Source: Marsupella aquatica (Eukaryota; Plantae; Marchantiophyta). From it: a stretch of DNA of 64,000 nt. The notes under the pieces were generated by a model. The model was not told where the DNA came from. It saw nothing but the letters and a program-made list of their open reading frames with translations, and ran no database searches. This document shows, piece by piece, positions 37,601 to 50,398 of the stretch. Made by a program: the position numbers and the translations under genes. How positions within the stretch are numbered: the stretch's first letter is position 1; each line of letters opens with the position of its first letter. The stretch is taken from the NCBI GenBank assembly GCA_973895155.1, contig OZ316891.1, forward strand, positions 26,653,972 to 26,717,971, in the 5' to 3' direction.

Positions 37601-38573
37601 AAATATACACATACTTTTTACAGAAAAAGGCCAAATAGAGTACAAAAGAATAAACAAGAGAGGTCCCAAGTGGACAAAACCAAACGCAAAAGTGAGCAAA
37701 AGGAAACCCTAAAAACCAAGAAAGAGGAACTAAAAGAAGTGAGCAAAAGGAAACCCCTAAAAACCAAGAAAGAGGAACTAAAACTACCGCAAATGGACCG
37801 AGGTCCTTATCATACCTAGCAAATGTGGCAACAAGCTAGTGGTCTACATCAAGTGTCGAAACTAGATCGACAAGTGGGACAGGAATGTCCTCTAGGGGGG
37901 CTAGCCGCTGCAGAGTCACACTAGCACCCACTGTCAGAGATCGACGATAGACGGCCCGAGCTTGAGCACGCTGTAAGGTGACTGAAATGCGTTGGCGAAA
38001 GTGCGTGGTCAAAACAGATAGCGGGGGCCCGGTGGGACCCATCCGGCCGTGAACATCCCGAGAAGCTTGGCGAAGAAGCCCGTCAAACTGATGATGGAGA
38101 CGCCCAAATATCTCAAGAGCAAGGGGCAGGAAGTTATTAGATGAAACTCGTGCAGCATATTTGGCCTCCTTCGTTGTTGCTGCTCGTGATGCTGCTGCCC
38201 CTGCCGTTGTTGCCGCTATCCCAATGATGTCTTGGCGCAATGGGTTTGCCACCACTACATCTGCCAAAGTACGGTGACCTTCACGGACCATGGTAAGATC
38301 CACCTGTAACCGCTGTGATGGAGGACCAGGTAACTCGAGCACCACCTCCCGCCGCGCGCAGACCAAAGAGCCAGAGAGAACCTGAGCAGTCGCATCTCTC
38401 ACAGCGTCGTGAACAAAAATGGTTTCGCCGCCCAAACTGCATCGAAGAAGATGGACACCTGTGGCATCACAAGGCTTCCCACAAGTGCAAGTAGGAGGTA
38501 AACCAGCAAGAAGTGGGTGGGGCAAGCCCATACAAAGACGCATGGCTATCGCAAACTCTGCTGAAGACATCAC
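37601..38573 (-). mobile_element. 5'-truncated copy of the CRE-like element (RLE domain plus 3' UTR)
   Basis: Nearly identical reverse complement of about 4980-5953; ORF 37836-38573 ends in LVSTLDVDH. Confidence 0.92.
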
Positions 38574-39405
38574 TCCGCTGAAGACTTCTATGGTGTTTTT
38601 TGTGAATTGTTAGTGGTGGTTCCGGTGGTTCCCCAATTCACTACACTCAGTCTTGTCCCATCTGATTTTAATTTGCCCCTGCCATACAAGCTCAAAGAAG
38701 GTTTTAAGTATTATGCCTCTGCCCAACCAATAATATAAAGCTCAGATGGACCAACTGAATGCATAACAATGCAAGTATTAATTGGTACATCTCTAGATAA
38801 GTTGATGGTTCCATCCAAACCCTGAGGTAGAGAGACCAATTCTAACAAACAATCAATAAAATGGGGTCCAACTATGTAGATATAGCAAATTAACTCCTAT
38901 AGTACAAGCCAGGTTGCGCCTTTTTATGCAGTGGTCGTCATTTGAATTTGAAGGGCAACAAAATCAAAGAATCTGACCAAGAGAAGTAATAACCAAAATT
39001 GAATTATATTTAGTGTGAAGTAAAGAGTGCATGTTTTCCAATCAAGAAATAAAGGGGAATGTGAGAGAATGCCAATGCACAATAGTCAAGTACTTTATGG
39101 ACAGACTAGTCCCATGCCCGTGCGTTGCACGAAAGATGTTGAGTGAGGTCAAGATGTTGAGGTGAGGGCAAGATCTTGAGGTGAGGGCAAGATTTCAAGT
39201 GAGGGCAAGATGTTGAGGTGAGGGCAAGATTTCAAGTGAGGGCAAGATGTTGAGGTGAGGGCAAGATTTCTAGGTGAGGGCAAGATGTCGAGGTGAGGGC
39301 AAGATGTGGAGGTGAGGACAAGATTTCAAGTGAGGGCTAGATGTCGAGGAGAGCGCAACATTTTGAGGTGAGGGCAAGATGTCAAGATTAGAGCAAGATT
39401 TCAAG

Positions 39406-42400
39406 TGTAATTAGGTGATTATTCCAAAAAAGAGAGTTAAAGTATCAAAATCATAAAAATTTTAAATTTTAAAGTTTTTTATAAGGCCCTTTAAGCAAAA
39501 TTAAGTTAGTATAAGCTCAAATGGGTAAGGATACCATTGGAAGACGTCAAGGCTACTCTGGTTTTCACATATTAGACGTCAAGACGGCAAGAAGTTGAAA
39601 GGAGCTTCAAAAATGAGGTGACGGCCTGGACGGCCTCCTCGTAGGGACGGCCTCCTCACGAAGATGGCAAAGACGGCGCCGGCTTGGACGGCTTCTACAC
39701 AGGGACGGTCGGGACGGCACCCATTTTTCGCCAAGGACGGCCGACTCCTTCCGCGCCGGCCTGCATGAAAAACTCGAGGACGTCTTGGACGGCCTCCACG
39801 TAGGGACATCCGGGACGTCCACCCCGCCACGACCTAATGTGACGTCCGCGCCGGCCCAAACCTTTTTCTCCATTTTTCTTTGAGGGACGTCCATGGCGGC
39901 CGACAGTAGGGCGCGAGCTTCGACCCTCAGTGCTCACTTGTTAGACCACCATTTGAGCTCGTTTCAATTGCTATAGGAGCGCAGCTGCCTAGAGAATGTT
40001 CACCCCGATTCTGAACTGCCATTGATGAGACGTTGAGGAGTATTGGGTCATCGATGCTCTCTGATTTCTTGGAATTGAAGAAATTGCAATTTCGAGAGCT
40101 TTGCCTGATTAGAGCTCCTTCATTTCTATCTCTTTTCAGTTCATTCCTTCTCCCATAGTAGTGCAGCTACCTTAGATCCCTGAGATTTCATTCTTGAGCC
40201 TCAATGCTTAACCTTTCTTTTCTAGGAGGAGAGCTCTAGAGCCTTCTCAGATTTTCTGAGCTATGGCCACCAGAAGCTTACCAATTAGTAAGGCCATCAG
40301 GGTGACCTTACCCCCAGGTCCTAAGGCTTACTTTAGATTCCTTAGTAACCTGGTAGAGATGGACTTGAGTTCCTTACTTTTTCTTCCTTGGGATATGGTG
40401 CATGGGTCCATCATTGCCGATTTTCTTCGTCCACCCCAAGCTGGCACTTTTCGGAGTTCTACTAGAGGTTCAGCTGATGTGTGTACCACCGCCGTTGTTT
40501 TTGAGGTGTACCAGTTGAGCCAGGAGGGAGAGAGACTGAAATCTGTTGGAGAGGACTTGACTGTCCTTTATTTTAGAGGTACCAGGGACCGGAGGTCTGG
40601 TTGGAAGATTGATCAGTGCAGGAATTGGGAGTTAGCTCATCTACTCTGATTCCTTGTACCTATCTTTCATCCGACCAAACCCACCAGGGCTATGGTTTAC
40701 TTGACCAGCTCTATCATTGTATCATGGACCGGCAGAGGAGGATCAACTGGGCCCTAGCGCTTCTAGAGGTGATCGCCAAGCAGGTGGCTGTCCTGTCTAC
40801 TACTAGTGATACATATCTGACACCCTACTTGGCGCACAATTACTTTTCGAGAGGCTGCTTGTTACCAATGGAGCTGAGCGATTGGAGGAGGAGAGCGAGA
40901 CACTTTGAGCTACCTCAGCCAGAGTTAGCGAGAGAGTTGACTCCACCACCGACGACATCTCCGAGACCCCCTTCAGTGGAGCAGACGACAGCACCAGATC
41001 TACCAGGGATGACTTCTCCCTCTTTTGTTGCTTCCACTTCTTACACGTCATGGACTGATTTTGTTGGTGATGTTGAGTGACTAGCTAGTGTGGCTGGTTT
41101 CAACCAGCATTTGGTAGATGAGGCCACTAGACTCTTGAGTTGTACCCCTCTACAGTTACTTCACTGTATTCATGCTTTGCTTTCCGAGTCTCGTACCGTC
41201 CCACCCCCTCATGTTTCACCCCTTGCACCTTCACCACAACCTGATCACCCTATGGATGTGGATGAGCCGGAGCTACCTATTGCTGACCTTTCACTCCCTC
41301 CTCCATCCTCACCTACACCCCCTCTACCTGATCCCATTCTTTCCCCTATCCTCCTATATTTTCACCTGAGCACCCTCCATCTCCTTTACCCCCTTCACCA
41401 GTACCCCCTCCAGATCCATTTTCCTCTATTGAGGATACCACCCTATCACCCCTTGATGATTCATTTCCCTCTCCTACCATGGAAGGAGATGAACCTATTC
41501 CTGAGCCTATTCCCGAGACTGAGCCTGAGCCTGAGACTATAGAGCCTCCCAGTGTACCATTTATAGCTCCTACTCCTTTGATGTCTCAGCCTCCTATTGT
41601 CTCTTCTGTTGCCGACATTGAGCCTTTTTTTTGTCTTTCCCGCCCAGTTTGATAGGATGATTACGTCACTCATCGACGCATGCACTCCCCTTGCACCTCC
41701 TTTACCTCCACTTATGTTTGGTCGTGAGTCTTTCCCTTTTCCACACACCTACGACATGGTTCCGATTTCTCATGGTATTCTATGGCTACCTATCGACAAG
41801 CTGAGATTACCCACGATTGAGACTCCTGACCTTTGGAGTTGGGTTTATCATTGTAGAAAGGTCATAGCATCTTTCCCTCTTCCAGCTCCAGACATTCCAT
41901 GGCCATCAGATTACTTTGTTTGGATCGGACCGGATCGGCCCCATTTGATTCGTTACCGCGAGGACCTTTTCCGTCGATAGTATTTGAAGGGATAGAGGAC
42001 CAAAGGGAAGATAGCCCCTTGGTTATGTAGCTCGCCTCCCTCTACTTGTAGTCGACCCTCCTCCTATTACAGTATGAGATTAGTATTTTATTTTGTAGAC
42101 TTTTACTTAGCTTTGACCATTTAACTATCCCTTAGTCAAAGTTGACTTTTACTTTACTTAGTTTAGACTTAGGAAATGAAGAGGCATGTCTCTTTATTCT
42201 CCTTAGCCCGTGGGTGATCTCATGTACTTATTGTGATACCAGTCTCATTTTGAAACAGTGTGGATAGTTATTTGCATCTCCTCATCTTGGAGTTTTGTCC
42301 CTTGTACGTGTAATGCAATTTTGCAAGAAAGATTTGCATACCTTGGAATTTGATTACTTGTGCTAGGAGTCTACCCCTCCTTTGTATGGTAATGCATGTT

Positions 42401-43123
42401 GCAATTACCGTAAGAAGTAAAACCCATAAAAATACAGTTTGTGGAATGTATTAGAAAATCCGTTGGTCGGTGCCTAATCCAAACTACAATATTTGTTGTC
42501 CATTTTTGTATTTACATGAAGGACTTATCTTTGGAAGATAAGTATTGCATGAAATCAAGAAATAGAAATCTATATGATTAAGAAGTAGCGACATTCTTAA
42601 TTCACGGATTTGAAGTACCATTGTGGTATACTAAATGTGCATTAGTTTTCCTTTGGAATTGCGCATCGCTGAAGAAGGAAACATGTTGTCGACATTTTAA
42701 TGACACACTACTATACACACAATCCGAAACTTATCTTGGGTTTTGTGAGCATAGACACTTCTTAAACATAGATTTATGATAGAAACCTAGAGATCAGTTA
42801 TAGCAAGGTTATGTTTGACTTATCAACGTCTCAAATAATGCCATAGCTCTTTCTTAAGACATGGTGACGGAATTAAATATTGCTAAACTATACCTCTAAA
42901 AGCTCTAAGATTCTGTTGTCCAGCAAATGTCACTTTGTTCTTATTTTATTAATTCCTTGTGTTTTGTTTAAGATTCTATTTTTCTTATAGATGTTGAGTA
43001 CCATCTCTAAACCACTCAAAACACTTTAAAACATCTTTTCATCCCATTCTTGTTCTTCCACGGGAACGAACACCGAGTTTTTAGCATATATTCAATGATA
43101 TTTGCTTTTGTTAGCATACGACA
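39406..43123 (+). mobile_element. 3718-bp solo-LTR-like insertion with an internal degenerate ORF
   Basis: TGT...ACA termini; perfect 5-bp TSD TCAAG (39401-39405 and 43124-43128); no gag/pol and no internal LTR pair seen. Confidence 0.8.
40263..41980 (+). pseudogene. Retrotransposon accessory ORF remnant (WKIDQC..ELAHLL*FLVPIFHPTKPTR..INWA..YLTPYLAH) followed by a Pro-rich region
   Basis: Overlapping ORFs 40263-40649, 40616-41080, 41090-41542 and 41597-41980 joined by stops and frameshifts. Confidence 0.6.
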
Positions 43124-44289
43124 TCAAGTGAGGGCAAGATGTTGAGGTGAGGGCAAGATTCCGAGTGAGGGCTGGATGTTGAGGTGAATGCAACATTTTG
43201 AGGTGAGGGCAAGATGTTAAGGCAAGCCGGGGCAAGATGTCGAGGAGAGACAAAGATATCAAGGAGAGGGTAAGATGTTGAGGAGAGGTAAAGATGTCAA
43301 GGCGAGGGCCAGATGTCGTAGAGAGACAAAGATGTTGAGGCAAGGGCAAGATGTCAAGTTGAGACAAAGATATTGAGGAGACGGTAAAATGTTGAAGGAG
43401 ATGCGACGATGTTGAGGCGAGGGCAAGATGCCGAGGAGATGCAAAGATGTCGGGGGGAGGGAAAGAGGTCAAGCGAGGTCAAAGCAAGGCAAAAGACAAA
43501 TAGTTACGGAGAAAGGCAATGTTTAGAAATTAATTAAAGTAAATAAAGCAAAAAGACAGTTACAAAATGCAAAGGGGGAGAAACCCATTATACCAAAAGG
43601 GAGTTAGATGAGATTGTATCCAAAGCTAGTAATGGAGTTTTGCAGATCAAGGGTCAACAAAAAACTTCTTTTCCGTCCAATGGTTGAGGTTGAATCCGGC
43701 CCAATCTTGCGATTGTAAGCAAATGATGCCCATAAATGGATGGGGTCCCTTATTGTGTGATAGCCCGATGCCCAGAAGAATTTGAGGCGAGGCAAGGATG
43801 TAGAGGCAAAGGAAAGATGTCAAGGCAAGGCAACAATGTCGAAGCGAGTGAAAATGTCAAGGCAAAAGCAAGACAAAGATGTTGAGGCAAGTAGACAATG
43901 TTGGGGAGGAAAACACTTTTTGCTTTAATGTTCAATTTTCCAAGTTTTTGATAAATAAATATTTTTATGCACAAAAAACTATAAATTTTCCATCATGGAA
44001 AAGCTTTTGGCTGGCAAAAATATTATCCTCTCTATCCTTCTATTGCTTTGTAGTTTTTCCATGTACTCAACTTTATTTTACTTTTTTCCCTTTATCTTAG
44101 GAAACCAACACTCCCCCCTCTCACTCCTTGTGGCTTTTCCTCTTTTTATGGAGTATTCATGATACCCTGGGAGAGTTACATAAGCATACTCTATGCAAAA
44201 TCCAAAAAGTTTGACATGCCCCAAAAGTTTTTGGTTGGGATGTGTATGAAGTGTATAGTTACACCCATTCCCCTTGGTACTCATATGCT

Positions 44290-44880
44290 CACTGAGAGAG
44301 CAAACGGGATCATGGGCAAGATTCTCAACAAGACGGTGTCAGCTCACAAGACAGATTGGGATTTGAAATTGCTGGCTGCCACTTACGCCTACAACCTGGC
44401 TCACAAGACCACCACTGGCCACAGCCCCTATTTCCTTGTGTTTGGTCAACATTCTCTGGTGCCGGTGGAATTTGAGGTGCCCACCATTCAAATCCTGACA
44501 CGGGAAAGGGAAGGGCAAGAAAGTAGTGTAGCTACACAAATCCAACAGTTGGAGCAACTTACGGAGGTGAGAGAGGAGGCTCTGGCGCACACGGAGCAAC
44601 AGCAAGGCAAACGGAAGTTGCACTACGATTCTCGGCTCCGTCGTGTGTCCATTGAGGAGGGGGATTTGGTGCTCCTCTATGATAGCCGCTTCATGCATTT
44701 CCCGGGGAAGCTACATACACGTTGGATGGGGCCCTACATTGTCAACACAGTCTACTCCAATGGATCAGTTCAGCTCAAGACATTGGAGGGGCAACTACTC
44801 AACACACGGATCAATCAAGAACGCCAAAAGAAGTACTACACGGAGGAGGAGTATGGTGCTCGCGGGGGCGCTTCGCAATT
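44290..44880 (+). pseudogene. Ty3/gypsy integrase C-terminal fragment
   Basis: TERANG, DWDLKLLAATYAYN..TTGHSPYFLVFG, GDLVLLY, GKLHTRWMGPY (GPY/F motif). Confidence 0.9.
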
Positions 44881-46244
44881 AAGAGGGGAGCTATGTGATA
44901 GGGCCCCAAACCCGGTAGTAACCGGGGTAGTAACTTAGTGATGACTTATAATTGCGTGTATGAGTAGAAAGCAAGAAGGTGTAGCAAAAGTGTTTAGTTT
45001 TCAAAATTTTTAATTTTTGTTAGTTCTAAAAAATTGATGCGACAACCGGAGGCCGGAGTAGAGAGGGGTGTCGGGCGGTGATGGATGACAAGGGAACCAT
45101 TGAGGGGGTAAAAGGAGGCCACAAGGCAGCCCAAGGACTTGGAGCCAAGGTGTGGGCATCTTGGAGGGGTGGGGGCTGGTCGGAGGCTCCACGTAGGGCG
45201 CAAAACGGGAAGAATGACCAAAATATAGAAAACATTGAAACTTAAAACAAACGTTTCTGCGCTAGTATTATTCTAAACATGGTCATGTTTGGATTCATTT
45301 TGAAACCCTCAATGAGCCCCATACGAAACTGAGGTTCTCTAGTTGAGTTTAGGTCTATATCAAATAGTGACATCTCGAGGGACCTCAATGCCCGTAAAAC
45401 GACAAACTAGACAATCTTGGAGTAGTGATGGTGGGAGGGCCCTTAGAAGGAAGGGGTTCCCACACTTGTGTTCCTCTTCACCCTTTGTGTGGTCCTCACA
45501 TGTTTTTTTTGGCTCTCTTTCCCTTGGCCACCGTAGAAGGGCCACCGTAGAAGGAGCCTCACACTTTCTTCCTTCCTTTTTTTCTCTATTCTCACTTGTG
45601 GGGTTTCCATCCATACCTAAACCCTAAACCCTTTCCCTCTTGTGCTTGCTTTCAACGTGTGTACGGACCCTGGTTGTACGAACATCAGATTTTTGACCAT
45701 CTCAAAATCAGGAGTCTATGGGCTTGTTGGAAAGAGCTTGCCGAGCTAAATCCAACAATGTGTCACACGGCCAAAACGGAGCTAAGACGGGGGAGATACA
45801 ACAGATCACATTTTTTTGAGAATACGGGAGTTTTGAGGCCGTACGGATGTCCGTACGGCAGGAGGTAGCAGCACATATGGGGAAACCGTGATCCGTGTTT
45901 TTCAAAGCCAGGGCCCCCTGGTGTTGTACGGGCGAAACAGAGGGAGACGGTGCCCTGTGAAAAGTTAAACGATCATATCTTGGCCGTTTGACCTCCGTTT
46001 TGTGCACCGTTTACTGAGCCGTGATCATGAAGAGGAGGGCTCCTCAGATATGTTTTCAGAAGTGAATTCTGAGAAAATTTAGTTTCGACAATTATAGGGG
46101 CCCCCTCCTTTTACAACGAACCGGTGGTGGCGATCAGGAGGATTGAGGCTGGTAGGCAAGGTAGATAGATAGGATAGGAGGTGGTGGACTCAAGTGAGTC
46201 CTTGTTTAGCGGAGTGGTATCCACTCCAATGGAGAGCGATGACA
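44881..46244 (+). mobile_element. Polypurine tract (aagaggggag) and 3' LTR of the gypsy element; LTR starts TGTGATAGGG at 44894, right end (TGACA at 46244) tentative
   Basis: PPT sits just before TG; the first ~150 bp match 49646-49800. Confidence 0.65.
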
Positions 46245-48739
46245 AATGTCTAACACTAAAGACTTGTCGATGCAATGGACAGTCACCCTATTTAATTGAA
46301 AATTAACCACTTTTCCCCTCTATGGCCAATTTAAATCATTATCTAAGTAGACCAGCAATGCGTTCGATTTGGGGGAAGATGAGTAGTACAGATGGGCCGT
46401 CTTACAATGGGTGGCCCTTGAGTTTCCAGCTCTCAACTGAACGGGTGGCATTGCAGCATTGCCTGAGAGGTTAATGCTGAGACTTTTATGCCTCAACCTC
46501 TTCCTTAGGCAGGCCTGATGACATATGTAGTGGATAACCAAGGGCAAGGGTCTGAAATTTTCCAGCCATTGAGGTCTCCAACAACACAAAGTTCACACTT
46601 CGCAAAGTCAGTGGCAGATTTTGTGCAGAATTGAAATCCACTTTTCCCCCACAATTGAGAGTACTACTGGCTGTAAAAGGCAGGACTCTTGACATACAAG
46701 AGGGCCCTTAGAGTATCCCTCCCTTGTGGGTCCCTTCACGGCCTCATATATGTGGGACCCTGAAACCAGGAGTGAAGTAAGTGATCTTCTATATTTGCTT
46801 TAGAGGGCCCCAATTATTTACCCCAACCCCCCAATGCGCTTCAACCTTCCCATGTGTGGTTCTTAAAGGTCTCAATTGTTTGTCTACTCCTTTCTATGTG
46901 ACTGGTCAAATTTGTTCTAAAAGGACCGGGCCCCACACTCTTAGTTTCGGAAGAATTGCATCAAGATTTCGTCAACCACAATGCAGGGTCATCTAACGTG
47001 GGGAAAATTTGGACTCAATCGGGCCTGAAATGGTGATGTCTGGGTCGACCTGGCCGCCCTTCTCACAACCGATGTATCCACTATCAGGATCTCAAACTTC
47101 TTGCCTTCACTTCCAGCGGTGGAGTAGGCATTCCCCTCACAACGAATCAATCAGTTCCCTCATATCCAGGCTCTCATCATGCAATGCAAGATTGGTCCTA
47201 TAATCCGGACCCAAGATCCTCTACCAAAAGGGTAGAGCCTCCTCACTCTACTGCTTAAACAGCCTAATGCACTCGGGAGCTCAAAACCTACTAAGTTCGG
47301 CTTTGAGAGGTATGAGAGGCCGGATCGACTCTCCTTCCTTATATCCGGATTCTGCTGTGGTCGTGCCTGTGTTTGACTTATGGTTTTAAAAACTTGGGCA
47401 ATGGACAGCTGTTGTTGAGTAGAGTCTCGGTATAAGCTTTATATCTCATTCCAGGCTTATAGTAAAAAGTTCTGGGTCGATCCTCCTTTTCTAATATCAA
47501 TCCGGGTTGACCTCAGATCAGCTTGAAAGTCTCATAACACTTCAAAGTAGTCTTCAGGTCCCTCTTCAGCCTCATTTGAGATCTTAAACGTAAAAATTCT
47601 AAAATTTATGGTTAGTTAACCCTTCTTTTATAAACATCCTTATCTCACAATTCCATGGTATGCCTTTTTCTGTAAATTAAACACATATGAGGTGGACCCA
47701 CATACAGAGTTCTCTATCTAAGTGCACACTCCATATACACATGCAAACACCCTGGCTGGAAAATGAAAGGCAACTCATTCTTTCCCATTTGCCAAGTTTA
47801 CACTTTTCTAAAGTGCAAGCCCAGCCTTGATAAGTGTACATTAACACTTATTTGTGAGCACACAAGTCCATCAGCTTACACTTACTTAGAAGTGCATGGC
47901 ATTTTTCCTTAGTGTAAAGTTCACACTTACGGGGTAGGGGACGTTAAGGGCAGGGTTAAGGGCAGGGATGTAAAATTTAGGGTACAAGTCACAAGAATAT
48001 TTGCTCACTGAACAAGGAGCCCATTCCACGTACATATAGGCACTTCAACTCTTACAGATGAATGCACAATCCCAAATGTTTGCACTTATCACAGAGTGCC
48101 AAGCTGTGTTAAATTGCCACTGTCCAAGCAGCTATGGGAGGACCAAATAGTCACTTTTCATCCATTTTTCTTGTTAAGAACATTATTGGCTAATTATGGT
48201 GACCTGGATCCACCAGGTTTCAAAAATGGGCAGTGGCAATTCAAGTACGTGCACACTGGGTGCTTCTTCCCCTGAGTGTGCACTTGTCACTACCGTGTAC
48301 TGGCATATGTGCAGCATATACAAATCAATGCATTTCATAGTTAAGTGCAGGCTGGCCATGTAGTCCCCATAATCTTACAATAAACTCCTTAGTTTGTACA
48401 TGCACCAAAACATTCAGTTTGCATAAGTGCAAGCCCTGGGCCCCCACTCTTAGGTAAAACGGGTTGGACATGAGAACGATTCAAGGCACTAGTAGAAACC
48501 GGGGCAATTTAGACCAAACCTTATAGGACTAAGGCCACTAAGTCCTTTTTTGCAACTTCAAATGACTCAAAACCATTGCACCGGTTCACATGAACACTAC
48601 AAAAGACTGTGAGTGCTTTTTGGTTTAGGATAAGACTATCAAAAGTTTCCACGTACCCTAGTTTGTGAAAGGGTGAACACTCTCACACATGATGGTTGTG
48701 GGGTTTAGTTGTCAACTTTAATTTGATAATGGCCATATG

Positions 48740-49100
48740 GGGGGACTTTACGTCCCGCTATATTGAACAAGTACAAACTCAGTAAATGTCTAAATGCCCT
48801 AATGTCTCATAAACTCCATAGTGGGTTTAGGGGGGGTTTACGTCTCAAGGGTGGGCCGGTTATATGTGAAGGGTGTGGGGGGTCACCACTAAAGGGGGTT
48901 TAGGGGGGTTTATATGTCAAGGGTGAGTCGGTTTGGATACAACTTGGGGGTGGGGGTCAATAAAGGGGATTTATATCTCAAGGGTGTGCCGGTTATATGT
49001 CAAGGGTGTGGGGGGTCACTAAATGGGGTTTAGGGGGGTTTATATGTCAAGCGTGGGGGGGTTACATCTTCACGGGGTGAGGGGCTTATGCTTCACATTT
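48740..49100. repeat. G-rich degenerate repeats (gggggtttatatgtcaagggtg), probably CACTA subterminal repeats
   Basis: About 8 imperfect copies seen directly. Confidence 0.7.
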
Positions 49101-49798
49101 AGAGTCGTTGTGGTCAACTTCACACCCCAACGGTAAGGGCCTTCTTACCCTAATCAAGTTTAAGGGCGTGGGTTAACGCTTAACTTGTGGGCACGGGAGA
49201 ATCTCATTGATTACTTGGTGGCCTAAGCAAGGGGGTGGGGTCCTGGGTCGGGCATTTGGGGTTTTCCAAAGGGTGCTGGGCTTCACCAACATCCCATTCT
49301 ATTCAAGTTTGCCAAGCCAAGAACCGGTGTGCACGCATACCCAAGATTTTTGGGCTAGCATGATCCCGCTTTATTGAAGTTTTCCAAGCCAAGAAAAATC
49401 AGTAACATATCCAAGATGGCCATGCAGTAACACTTTGTAGTGGTGTCTCACTTTGGGTGACACTCAACGGCTAGCTCACTCAAACGGTAAGGCTCCCCTT
49501 AATGACTTAAGTCCCCTAATTTGGTAAAGAGGCACTAAACTTCACTTTGGGAGTGACTTTGGAGTGTTCGGGCCATCATCATTGGACTTAGAACGTGAGG
49601 GGTCCAAAGTTCGGGGTTTTACGTAGGGTTTTCCTTTTTCATGTTTGTGATAGGGCCTCAAACCCGGTAGTAACTTAGTGATGACTTATAATTGCATATA
49701 TAAGTAGAAAGACAAGTAGGTGTAGTAAAAGTGTTTAGATTTTCAAATGTTCAAATTTTTTTTATTTTTGTTAGTTCTAATAAATGGATGCGACAACC

Positions 49799-49986
49799 GG
49801 AGCCCGCGAGCCGTGGGGCGCGAGATGGAGGGCCGCCCCGCGAGTAGGCCCAGCCCCGAAAAGGTCTGCTGGGGCGTAAGCGAGGGGCATCCGGGGAGGA
49901 GGAGCCCGCGAGCCGTGGGGCGCGAGACAGAGGGCCGCCCCGCGAGTAGGCGGAGCCCCGAAAGGGTCTGCCGGGGCGTAAGCGAG
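49799..49986. repeat. GC-rich tandem duplication of about 100 bp inside the LTR
   Basis: ggagcccgcgagccgtggggcgcgaga...ggggcgtaagcgagg occurs twice. Confidence 0.85.
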
Positions 49987-50398
49987 GTGGCAGCCGCATG
50001 GAAATTGACTCTGGGTAACACGGGGAGGATCGGGAATTCCCTACCCTTTGTTTTGTTTTTCTTTGTTTTTGTTTTTCTTTGTTTTTCTTTGCTTCCTTCT
50101 CTGCGCGCGCAACTCCTTTCTTGGCCGAAGCACTCTGCCCTCATTTCCGAAAGCAATTTCCCCAAAGTCGGAAGCTCTCTACCAGCTCTTACACTTATTT
50201 TCAAAGCTCTTTCTCATGGTCAATTGTTGGGGCTTGTGGGCATGATTCTTCCGGGCATTAGCGGCAGCACGGAGTGGCTTCTGAGGGAATTGAGGGTAAT
50301 TGATTGATCGGGATACGGGGGCCGTTTCGGGCCAGGGGATTGACATTGCTACGGGTGACGGGATTTGGTGATTGAGGATTTGATTTCGAGATGCATGA

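Larger units (their letters stand above)
39106..43900 (-). mobile_element. Non-autonomous Helitron with about 20-bp internal repeats (gagggcaagatgttgaggt), interrupted by the 39406-43123 insertion; 5' end not located
   Basis: Minus-strand 3' terminus CGTGCAACGCACG hairpin (39119-39131) then CTAG|T at 39106-39109; the repeat array resumes in register after 43128. Confidence 0.7.

Noticed and set aside
46300-47300. Possible L1 endonuclease remnant (VVGDLN on the minus strand)
   Set aside because: Single short motif amid many stops; unsupported
48595-48605. Second CACTA-like terminus (cactacaaaag)
   Set aside because: 108 bp inside the better TIR at 48487; cannot be resolved without the right end
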